Positions 54,908-63,898 are shown, numbered from the stretch's first letter. The stretch is DNA of 64,000 nt from Histomonas meleagridis 2922-C6/04-290x (GCA_020184695.1 JAANOX010000275.1:124001-188000), one strand, 5' to 3'. Notes: a model not told the origin generated them from the sequence alone. Numbers and translations: made by a program.

Positions 54908-55495
54908 ATGACAAGCAATCTTTCATTAAAAGTTGTTGTTATTGGTGATTCTAGCGTTGGCAAGACATGTATTTCACTTCGTTACCTCACAGATGAATTT
55001 TCAACCCAAACACGCCCCACAATTGCAGCAGGTTTTTGCAATGCCAAAGTAAAGATTGGAAAAACTGATATTGATCTTTTGATTTGGGATACGGCTGGGC
55101 AAGAGGCATACCGTGGGCTTACTTCTCAATACTACCGAGATGCCAAAATTGCACTTATCATATTCGATTTAACAAATCCAGCAACACTAAATTCCGTAAC
55201 GGAATGGAACAAGAGACTCACTGATGTAAACTCAAGCTCCGTTGTTGTATGTCTTGTTGGAAATAAATCTGATTTAGAAAACCGACAAGTTTCAAAAGAA
55301 CAAGGTGAAGCTGTTGCTGCTGAAATAAATGCATTATACAGAGAAACTAGTGCACTGACAGGTAAGGGAATTAGTGAAGTTTTTGAAGATGTTTGCGAAG
55401 AATATTTAAAACAGAATCCAAACGCACTTAACGACAACCGTAATAAAGCAGTTAACCTTAAAGCAAACGAAGGAGAAAAGGGATGTTGCTCATAA
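54908..55495 (+). CDS. Rab-family small GTPase
   Basis: GDSSVGKT, WDTAGQEAYRGL, GNKSD, ETSA, C-terminal GCCS; likely start ATG 54908. Confidence 0.93.
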   Translation: MTSNLSLKVVVIGDSSVGKTCISLRYLTDEFSTQTRPTIAAGFCNAKVKIGKTDIDLLIWDTAGQEAYRGLTSQYYRDAKIALIIFDLTNPATLNSVTEWNKRLTDVNSSSVVVCLVGNKSDLENRQVSKEQGEAVAAEINALYRETSALTGKGISEVFEDVCEEYLKQNPNALNDNRNKAVNLKANEGEKGCCS

Positions 55496-55760
55496 TTCAA
55501 TAAATTTAATTTTGATAGTTCTTTTATAAAAATGTTTTTCACTTCAAATATTTGTGGAAACAAAGTGCTAAATGTTATCGATAATAGGGAAAGCTTTCCT
55601 GTGTGTGTCCATTTCCATTTTTAGGGAATTCCTTAGTCGCACGTTACCATGTCGTTCACATTCAAATAAACTGGTACAAATAAATCGAGAGTACGATAGA
55701 TTGAAAATTAAAAAAATGTTTTGTAAACTTATCAAAATTGAATAAAGGATTATTTCACGA

Positions 55761-55825
55761 ATAATAAAGGCAACTTTTTAAGACGATGAACTTTGGTCAT
55801 CGTCTTAAAAAGTTGCCTTTATTAT
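55761..55825. repeat. Perfect inverted repeat, 29-bp arms with a 7-bp asymmetric spacer (candidate recombinase site or element end)
   Basis: ataataaaggcaactttttaagacgatga-actttgg-tcatcgtcttaaaaagttgcctttattat; arms checked base by base; 106 bp upstream of the tyrosine recombinase ATG. Confidence 0.95.
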
Positions 55826-55931
55826 GTGTAATTCTCATCGACACTTTTTGAAATGAAAATATTAAAAAAAGTAATTTCGCTCACAATTTTCAATATTGTT
55901 TTTAAGTTTCTTTTTATTAATCATATTTAAA

Positions 55932-56837
55932 ATGTCATTGATGGAGCAATTACTTGCTGAAGCTGATACAATATCAGCTGCAAATGTTTCAGCAGGAACG
56001 AAAAGTACATATGATAGGCTGATTCATGCTTATGCCAAAGTGATGATAAATCTAATACACGAAGAACCATTTCCTATTACTCATGACAAAATGGTTGCAT
56101 TCATTATATTTAAAAAGAATCAGAATATGAAATGTTGTACGTTACTAGCTTACATTAATAGTTCTACACATTATTTTCAACAAAATGACTTGGAAATATT
56201 AACACATTCAATAAAATTCAAAATATTTATATGTGGAATAAGGAGGTCACTATATTCAGGTTTTTGTCCGAATGCAAAGTTACCGTTTGATCCAAAATGG
56301 TTTTCGAAAATAATTGAAAAATTTCCATTGACAAATATTGATAATTTGAAGTTTATATTTTTGATATCGTTAATGTTTGCAGCATTTCTCAGAATAAGTG
56401 AAGCGCTAAACCTTAAAAAAAGCGATATTGTAATTGAAGGCGAAAACTTAATAAAACTAAACATACAGACTTCTAAAACAGATCAATTCGGGAATGGTAC
56501 GTTTACATATATTTATGATAATAAGACAAATTATAGCCCATTCCGATTTATAAAATATTTGAACTTAATTTCTAGTAATGATCACATAGAATCTCGAACT
56601 CAATCCACACTCAGAGCTCATCTTCTTTATGTACTTAGGACTATTGGAGTTGAAGAATATCAAAATTATGGATTTCATTGTTTTCGTAGAGGAGCAGCAT
56701 ATTATGTTTCACTAAAAAATGTTAATAATTGTATCATAAAAGCCCATGGAAGGTGGAAAAGTTCTGCATATACTCGATATGTTTCAGTAGACATGAACAG
56801 AGCTGGTATTGAAATTTCAGAGGCACTTTCTATATAA
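55932..56837 (+). CDS. Intact tyrosine recombinase, DIRS/Crypton-type (stand-alone)
   Basis: Catalytic residues R (FLRISE), K (SKTDQ), H-x-x-R (HCFRRG), W (HGRWKS), Y (AYTRY); N-terminal T..TY SAM-like core-binding domain; Inr-like TCATA at 55921. Confidence 0.9.
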   Translation: MSLMEQLLAEADTISAANVSAGTKSTYDRLIHAYAKVMINLIHEEPFPITHDKMVAFIIFKKNQNMKCCTLLAYINSSTHYFQQNDLEILTHSIKFKIFICGIRRSLYSGFCPNAKLPFDPKWFSKIIEKFPLTNIDNLKFIFLISLMFAAFLRISEALNLKKSDIVIEGENLIKLNIQTSKTDQFGNGTFTYIYDNKTNYSPFRFIKYLNLISSNDHIESRTQSTLRAHLLYVLRTIGVEEYQNYGFHCFRRGAAYYVSLKNVNNCIIKAHGRWKSSAYTRYVSVDMNRAGIEISEALSI

Positions 56838-56959
56838 ACAATAAAATTTTTGCGATTTTTAAATTGAATTGAATTTTGTGAACGAAATTATTTTTTTTAA
56901 TTTTTTCATTTTGAAAAGTGGCTTGATAAGATTTTCGATTTTTTAGCAAAAGTCTCTTC

Positions 56960-58207
56960 CTAATTCAAATTATTTATTAAATTTTTTAATCTTTCTTCTA
57001 TAAGTTTTTTTTCGTCGAATCTTAATATACAGAACCATCGACCTTTACATTGTACAGGACGACTGTTTTGCAAACATTTGGAAATATTTCCACATTGATG
57101 ACCAAATTTGCAAATCATATCGTATAGAACTTTATCTTCTCCTTCTGACCAAGGACAGTATGTTCTCATGTTAGATAGAATTTTTTTAAATTCCTATTCT
57201 AAACCTAAAAACCTTGAAATTGAACCTCCATTCATTTCAAGACAAAGCCGTGAACGGTCTCCAAAACCCAAACAAAGATTGTTAATTAATGAAATGTCCA
57301 AATTGTCCCATGTTTGTTCCAAGATCAATTTCAACTCTTCCAGATCTTTTGGGGACCTCTTGTAAATTATTTGCTTCATTATAGCCCAGAGCAACTCGAT
57401 TGGGTTTAGGTCAGGCGAGTTGGCCGGCCAATCATTTATTACATCGACACGATCCTCAAGCCACTCCATAGATTGTACTGAAGTATGGCACCGAGCCCCA
57501 TCCTGAACATAAATCCAATCAAGCTTACCATGGGTTTTGTTCATATCCTCAATAAAATTGGAAGCTTCCATGTTTTGTATATATTGTCCTGAGTCAATTG
57601 ATTTATCTACAATTACTAATTTGCTCTTGTACCCAAAAGATATCACACCATAGATCATTACAGATTTTGAAAATTTGGCCTTTTTTATTATTGTTTCTTC
57701 GACATACTCGCCTTTTCTCATTCACATCCATTCATTATCTTTTCCCAAGACAAATCGCGATTCATCAGAGAAAGCGATCTTGTCAAGATATGATTTTTGT
57801 GTGAGTATTTTTTTTACAAATTCGATTCTTGCTTCTATTTGTTGATGCGTTAAATCTTGTTCTACCTTACAAGGTCTATAACGAAATTTCATTTCGTTTC
57901 TGACCTTTGTAACAGATTGATGGGAAATCGATAAATGAAAACATTCTTCAATTTTATCCGCTAATTCTTTTGAAGATAATGTTGGTTCAAGAAGGGTCTT
58001 TAATTCTATAAATTCTCTAATTTTATTTGTAATAACAACTGATCTTCCTCTTATTGTTGCATCAGGTACTTGACCAGTATTGGTGTATGCTTTAATTGTA
58101 CTGCTTATCCTGTTAGTACCTACATGAAGGGTATTTGCTATTGTTTGATAGTTGTGCCCTAATTTGTACATTTCTATTATTGACTGTTCTTTGTTCCACG
58201 AGGTCAT
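56960..58207 (-). mobile_element. Tc1/IS630-family (DD34E) transposase pseudogene fused in frame to a C-terminal Myb domain (copy 1)
   Basis: Three track ORFs share one frame, split by TGA (57722-57724) and TAG (57194-57196): HTH, FSDESRF, VQDGARCH, WPANSPDLNPIE (34 aa between D and E), then Myb WSEGEDKVL...QCKGRW. Confidence 0.85.
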
Positions 58208-58308
58208 CTGATTTAAATTAATAAACGGTGTTCATTGAAAAAATTCAATATGTTCTCTCAAGCTCGAATTATTTGTACCAGTTTAGAAATTAAACATTTT
58301 CTCTGCAA

Positions 58309-60492
58309 ATGGCGAAATTCTTTAATGGCGAGATCAAAGGAGAGATTTTTCAGCTCCGGAATGAACTGGATGGTAATGATCCAGCAGTTCGAAAGGATGC
58401 TGCCAAACGAGTTGTTAATTTAATGCGAAGTGGCGAAAATGTTCAATCTTTATTTTCCTCTATGCTTCGCTGTGTCAAAACAGACGATCTTGAACTTAAA
58501 AAACTTGTATATCTTTATCTCATCAATTATTCAACACAAGAACCTGAGCAAGCAATTATGGCAGTTAATACATTTATCAAAGATTCCGAAGACAATAACC
58601 CACTTGTTCGTGCCCTTGCTGTTCGTACAATGTGTAGAATTAAGCTTCATAGTGTTGCTGAATACATGGTTATTCCATTAAAAAAATGCCTTCATGATGA
58701 TTCACCATATGTACGCAAGACAGCTGTTTTTGGTGTTACCAAACTTTATGATGTTATTCCCGAAGCCGTTGAGAATGCTCAACTTTTTGAAGATTTATTA
58801 CAATCACTTCAAGACGAGAATCCTATGGTCGTTTCAAACGCGACAGCAGCCATTGCAGAGATAAATGAAAAACGGTCCACACCCATTTTTACACTTAATT
58901 CCCAATCAATCACACCAATATTATCAGCCACCACAAGTTGCACCGAATGGTGTCAAACTATTCTATACGATGCCATCAGTCGATACAAACCCGAGTCTGC
59001 TGACGATGCCGACTTTTTAATCGATCGATTAATTCCATATCTCAAACACAAAAACCCGTCAGTTGTTATAGGTTCCTTCAAGTGTATCTTTTTATTTATG
59101 CCATATTCACATAAGAAAAACGCCGAAATATTCCCACAAATTATACCACCATTTATCACATTAGTCACATCTGCAGAACCTGAAATCCAATACGTAATAC
59201 TTCGAACACTTTCATTGTTCGTACAAAAGTACCCGAAGTCATTAACGCGTGAAATTCGTGTGTTCTTTTGTAATTATAATGATCCATCATATATCAAAAT
59301 GGAGAAATTAGAAATTATTGTAACAATTTGTGGTCCTCAAAACACTCAAATTGTACTCGATGAGTTTTCTGAGTATTGTAACGAAATCGATGTAATGTTT
59401 GTCCGAAAGACAATTAGATGCATTGGAAAAATTGCGATAAAAATCGAAGCATCTGTTCGTAGATGTGTTGATATACTTATAAGGCTCGTTGCAGGTAAAG
59501 CTGATTATGCTATAGAAGAATCAGTGATAGTATTATGTGACATATTACGGAGATTTCCTGGATCTTTCGAATCTACAATAGAAACTATTTGCGGTTCGAT
59601 TGAGCGTCTAAAAGATGCGCGCGCACGTGCTGCTGGAATTTGGATTTTAGGTGAATATTGCGATGTGATAAAAAATGTCGACATATTGTTAGACCCATTT
59701 TTAGATACATTTGGCGATGAACAACCATATGTACAGTTACAGTTGTTAACTGCGTTCGTCAAAGTATATTTGAAAAATCCGGAAAGTTCGAAAGACCAAT
59801 TACAATTCATTTTAAATGAAGCTGTTAAGGATAAATATGTTCCGGATGTTGTTAACAGAGCTTTAATTTATTGGAGATTATTATCTACAGATCAAGACTT
59901 CTCTAAGGAAATTGTCTTTTTCGGCAAGGACAAAATTCAATACGAAAACCAAAAATTTGACGGCGAAGTTTTGACAGAATTAATTCAGAACATGGGAACG
60001 GTTTCCGGGGTGCTCCATGTTGTACCTTCTGATTTTGTAAGAAAGAATCGATTTGTTCCTGAAGCAAACGATGATATCGGGTTTGATAATGAAAACTTAA
60101 GAAATTGGAATAAGGTTAATTTGGATAATGAAAAAATTATAGATATGTTCATTGATTTTGATGAAAATAATTTATACTTACGAATAGCAAATAAATCAAA
60201 TTCAAGTTTGAGCCAATTAGCATTGGCCATAAACGTAAATAAAATAGGCTTAGTAATGAAAGAAAATCCATCTTTTCCAGATGCAATTGAATCTGGAGAA
60301 ATTATAGAAGTTGTAACTCCGATCGAATTTGATCAAAGTAAAGCAGGAAACTATGATAAAAATGAATTGCAAATTGCGTTGAGAACGAACGCTGGAAATA
60401 TATTTGGAATGTGCAATATTCCATCACAAACACAAACTTCACAGACTAAACAACAAGTTAGTGATCAGTTGGTTGATGACTTGTTGATTTAA
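58309..60492 (+). CDS. AP-1/AP-2/AP-4-type adaptor complex beta subunit (beta-adaptin)
   Basis: KGEIFQLRNEL, LELKKLVYLYL, NPLVRALAVRTM, PYVRKTA, IFFCNYNDPSYIKMEKLE-like trunk, WILGEY, VVNRALIYWRLL, Ig-like appendage. Confidence 0.93.
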   Translation: MAKFFNGEIKGEIFQLRNELDGNDPAVRKDAAKRVVNLMRSGENVQSLFSSMLRCVKTDDLELKKLVYLYLINYSTQEPEQAIMAVNTFIKDSEDNNPLVRALAVRTMCRIKLHSVAEYMVIPLKKCLHDDSPYVRKTAVFGVTKLYDVIPEAVENAQLFEDLLQSLQDENPMVVSNATAAIAEINEKRSTPIFTLNSQSITPILSATTSCTEWCQTILYDAISRYKPESADDADFLIDRLIPYLKHKNPSVVIGSFKCIFLFMPYSHKKNAEIFPQIIPPFITLVTSAEPEIQYVILRTLSLFVQKYPKSLTREIRVFFCNYNDPSYIKMEKLEIIVTICGPQNTQIVLDEFSEYCNEIDVMFVRKTIRCIGKIAIKIEASVRRCVDILIRLVAGKADYAIEESVIVLCDILRRFPGSFESTIETICGSIERLKDARARAAGIWILGEYCDVIKNVDILLDPFLDTFGDEQPYVQLQLLTAFVKVYLKNPESSKDQLQFILNEAVKDKYVPDVVNRALIYWRLLSTDQDFSKEIVFFGKDKIQYENQKFDGEVLTELIQNMGTVSGVLHVVPSDFVRKNRFVPEANDDIGFDNENLRNWNKVNLDNEKIIDMFIDFDENNLYLRIANKSNSSLSQLALAINVNKIGLVMKENPSFPDAIESGEIIEVVTPIEFDQSKAGNYDKNELQIALRTNAGNIFGMCNIPSQTQTSQTKQQVSDQLVDDLLI

Positions 60493-61000
60493 ATAATTTC
60501 AGTCTTTCAATAAATTTTTTTTAAATAACTGTTTTATACTGAAGTAACGATCAAATTATATAAAAAAAACATCGTGTTAGAGATATTACATTGAAGTTAT
60601 GCTACATCTGTATCAGTGAAATTATGATATTAAAATATGAAGATGTATAGATTCAAAATGATAGACGTTTTGAAAATAACAAAAATAAAAGTTGATCGTA
60701 ATGGTACTGACAATTTATAAGAGTGACAAAATTTTCTCGAGTTTTGATTGGATCATATAGATAAACTGGAAATCAAAATTGGTAAGTGGATTGCATTCAT
60801 TTCTACGGTTTATTAACTTTTTTATAGCATCATCGCTTTTAGTTTATTTCAAATATATTTGTAAAGCATTCAATTTACTTTCCAATTTTGAATCAAGGAA
60901 CAATTGTTCAATTAAGTCAGCTCAAGAAGTGTCCAATTGCCAAAAACAGAACTCGGATCGAAGGGGAGTTGATCAATGCTTGGGAGAGAAACAACAGATC

Positions 61001-62143
61001 TCAATCTATCATGTTTTTCCTTTGACTGAGATTTTGAAATCGATTTTTAACATCTGTTTTGTCTCTTCCTAGGCGTTCCCCAATCAGTTTCCATTTGTTT
61101 CCGAACTCTGCTTGAAGATTGATCAAATTCACATCTTCATCGATTTTCCACATTTTACCTTCATTTATAGCCACTTTGTTTTTTACCTCATTAATGTGGC
61201 TGGTAAGGTACTGCAAAGCACTTCCTCCTCCAAGATCCCTGACAAGTTCACATCTCCTGATGAAATCGGCTATGAGAGCGTCCATAAACTTGCTATCAAT
61301 GGAAAACCAAATTCTATTCAGCACAGAATAAATCGAATCACCTTATCTCCATTCATATTTTTTGATTTTTCTTTTCATGATCGCCCAAATATTTTCGATA
61401 GAAATAAGGTCGGGCGAGTTTGGTGGCCAGCCAGGAACCACAATTGCTTTATCAGATAGCCACTTTATTGTTTGTGATGCATTATGGCAAGGAGCGCCAT
61501 CTTGCATAAAACACCACTTAAATTGACCATATTTCATGACACATGTCTGAATTACTTTGCTATATTTTATAATTCTTTGTTATTCTCCTGCATCAACGAA
61601 ACCTGAGCATCTCATCAATGGCGACCGATAACCAATCCCAATTGCTCCCCAAACCATAGCTCCAGGATTGAAATTGGTTTTTTCAGCAAAATATGTATCA
61701 TTCCGATGGCCGCGCTTTATCCTTCTCCAGCAATTGTTGGGCCCTCTTTCAAATCTGCATTCATCAGCAAAAACTATATTGCTGACTTGGGATTGGTTAT
61801 CAAGTACTTATTGACAAAACTCTAATCGCATATGTTTTTGTACTTCTGTGACTTCTTGCTTGATATATGGCGACCTGTAAATAAAACCCTGCTTTCTTCT
61901 TGCTCTAACAATTGTGGACTTTGAGATACTTGTTGCATATATTTTATTTACAGCTGAGGCAATGTCTCCATCTGTAAGCCTAGCATTAGCATAAGAAAGC
62001 ATCTCAATATAATCTGACATCGATTCAGTTAAACAAGGAGGTCGTCCAACTCTGTGATTCATTTTCACTCTCTTCTTTATTGCAGAAATCCTCCTGGAGC
62101 TGATGTTCAGGATTGTAATCTTATGATTGTTTTTCTGGTTAAC
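61001..62143 (-). mobile_element. Tc1/IS630-family (DD34E) transposase pseudogene fused in frame to a C-terminal Myb domain (copy 2, divergent family)
   Basis: Manual translation gives one frame with TAA at 61808-10, 61580-82 and 61343-45: GRPP HTH, IVFADECRF, AMVWGAIG, MQDGAPCH, WPPNSPDLISIE (DD34E), transposase tail IWFSID..GGGS, then Myb WKIDEDVNL..FGNKWKLIGERLGR..VKNRF. Confidence 0.85.
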
Positions 62144-62248
62144 TTATTTTTTTTTTTTTTAGACTCAGCACATAGTGACGATAACAAAGTTTGTTCACTC
62201 AATGGGCAATCTATTTTTTTCTTTTTTTCTTTTTCTTTAATCCAAGGT

Positions 62249-62385
62249 ACCCCCTCCCCCAAAAGAAGCCCTAATGGCGAATGAGTGCATTTATCACGAG
62301 CTGGCCGTAGCCCGACCTCGCGGAGCCCTTTTTTATATAAGGGCGGAGACAGGTGATCAGTATAAAGTGTACTAGGGGAGGGGGT
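62249..62385. other. GC-rich nested inverted-repeat island downstream of Rep (candidate origin or element terminus)
   Basis: Outer 11-bp IR accccctcccc (62249-59)/ggggagggggt (62375-85); inner hairpin gccctt-ttttatat-aagggc (62325-62344); CTAG at 62372-75. Confidence 0.6.
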
Positions 62386-62704
62386 TAGGCACTTTTTTTA
62401 ATTTGATTTTTGCCCGTTATTTGAGAACGTTAAAAATAAAAATTTTAGGCTCAGGACCCATATTTCGAAAAACGTTAACTGGTACCTCCTTTCAAGATCA
62501 TGTTACCCTGACCTAAATATGAATTTTCGTCCCAATTTAATGAAAAACGGACACCAGATTTGAATACTTTATTTGCAAATTCAATTCATTTTGATCGTCT
62601 TTCGACCGATAGGATTTTTGTCCCATTCATATATTTGTGTCACTTTTGCTGTCAATTTTGGTACCTTCAATAAAATTTAAGGATAAAATTGTCAAATGAA
62701 TTGT

Positions 62705-63664
62705 TTATTGATTTAACGGTTCCAGGTCCCTTTGTAAATTCAAATCCTCAGGCCCTTTCACCTCAATTTCTTTAAATCTTCGTCTTATTGCCAGTCCATC
62801 GTCCCCCGGAAATACTGTATCAATAGAGTAATTGCTTGTAACGATCAGGTTAAAAGTGCCAGGATCGATCATAACTTCTCCGTTCTTAACTTCTCCTATG
62901 AACGAGTAACGGTCGCTCCATATTTTCATGAGCTGCGCAAACGGTCTCCCATCAGATGGAAAGTCTTCGAATATGACCAGTGTATGTTCTCCGGGCCTAA
63001 AACTGTCCCACCACTTGTTGCACATTTTAGGATAAATCTGGGACAACGGTTTTTTAGTTCTAGCCCAATGACTTTTTCCTGTACCAGGGGGTCCCCAGAT
63101 CCAATAGTTCTTTTTCTCCAATTGACCTGGCCAATCATTATGTACTTTCATGTGACTTATTTTATAGTTCTCCAATCTCTTCTGATGATAAAACGCTTGA
63201 ATTGGATATTTATCTTCAAATTGTTCCCATTTCATAGTCATAACATTCGATAACATTTGTTTCATTTTATCTTCTTTGGATTTATATAACTGAGTCTCCA
63301 TAGTCATTTCTCCATATTCATAATGTTCTCCACCATATTTAGTACAATATTTATAATTGTCTAGTTCACTGCCTCTAGCAATGTCCCAGAAACAATTAGT
63401 TTTGGCCATTAAAGTATTCTTATAAACTCTTTCATCAAATCGAATGTAACCTTGTATATGCTTCGTTCCTGTACTTGGTGCAAACTCTACTTCAGCAATC
63501 ATGTAACTAACCATTGAGAAACTTTCTAATGTTTCTTTCCATGTATCTGGGGGGTTATTCCATGTGAATACCCAACGCTTTGCTCTCGGATTGACTATTG
63601 TTCTTCTTGGTGGCTCCACTGGTAACCTTGTAGCGTCCTTTCTGATTCCTCTCTTTGCTCCCAT
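62705..63664 (-). CDS. rep: CRESS-DNA-virus-type rolling-circle replication initiator Rep (HUH endonuclease + SF3 helicase); endogenous viral element
   Basis: RCR motif I WVFTWNN, II HIQGY, III YCTK; Walker A GPPGTGKS, Walker B VIFEDF, motif C IVTSN, Arg finger IRRRF; uninterrupted; ATG 63664 favoured (track start 63700 is TTG). Confidence 0.93.
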   Translation of the reverse strand: MGAKRGIRKDATRLPVEPPRRTIVNPRAKRWVFTWNNPPDTWKETLESFSMVSYMIAEVEFAPSTGTKHIQGYIRFDERVYKNTLMAKTNCFWDIARGSELDNYKYCTKYGGEHYEYGEMTMETQLYKSKEDKMKQMLSNVMTMKWEQFEDKYPIQAFYHQKRLENYKISHMKVHNDWPGQLEKKNYWIWGPPGTGKSHWARTKKPLSQIYPKMCNKWWDSFRPGEHTLVIFEDFPSDGRPFAQLMKIWSDRYSFIGEVKNGEVMIDPGTFNLIVTSNYSIDTVFPGDDGLAIRRRFKEIEVKGPEDLNLQRDLEPLNQ

Positions 63665-63674
63665 AATTTTTATT

Positions 63675-63680
63675 AAGTGA
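63675..63680 (-). promoter_or_regulatory. Host-type initiator (Inr) element of rep
   Basis: Minus strand TCACTT, 10 nt upstream of ATG 63664. Confidence 0.55.
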
Positions 63681-63898
63681 TCTAAATATTTCATGATCAA
63701 TCACGACATTCAATATTTTTCTATAATGATTATTCCCATACATTTTGAAAGTTTCGGTTCAGAATTCAATCAAAATATTTGATCGTAAATAAAGTATTCA
63801 ATGCAGTGTTGTAATTGTCAAAGTTTTTAATGAATTAAGGAAAAAGTAAATTCCTTCTTGTCACTGATGTGGGAATATCATTTTTATTTTTTAGTCAA

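Larger units (their letters stand above)
62560..63801. repeat. 15-bp perfect inverted repeats bracketing the Rep gene
   Basis: ttgaatactttattt (62560-62574) and aaataaagtattcaa (63787-63801). Confidence 0.5.

Noticed and set aside
55896-56837. Bacterial prophage integrase or contamination
   Set aside because: The GRWxS..Y signature is of the eukaryotic DIRS/Crypton type, composition matches the host, an Inr-like element is present and no phage genes are adjacent
56960-57169. Stand-alone host Myb genes (also 61001-61324)
   Set aside because: Both are in frame with upstream DDE domains, and the second contains the transposase C-terminal helix and begins at GTG
56840-58260. Terminal inverted repeats/TA target duplications for the Tc1 copies
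   Set aside because: Only patchy AT-rich similarity (ttgaatttt..tgaac) between flanks; not enough to call ends
56960-62143. Stop-codon reassignment or programmed readthrough explaining the interrupted transposases
   Set aside because: All three stop types occur (TGA, TAG, TAA), one replaces an expected Tyr, and host genes use the standard code; simple decay is sufficient
62325-62375. Helitron 3' end (hairpin + CTAG)
   Set aside because: The hairpin-CTAG gap is 27 nt, CTAG is not followed by T, and the nearby enzyme has an SF3 helicase rather than a Helitron PIF1 RepHel
682-63743. Numerous short (60-143 aa) ORFs overlapping or antisense to the long genes (e.g. 2137-2544, 13786-14109, 45426-45809, 55132-55563, 61112-61459, 62054-62284)
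   Set aside because: Shadow frames of codon-biased genes or low-complexity sequence, mostly with non-ATG starts and no motifs
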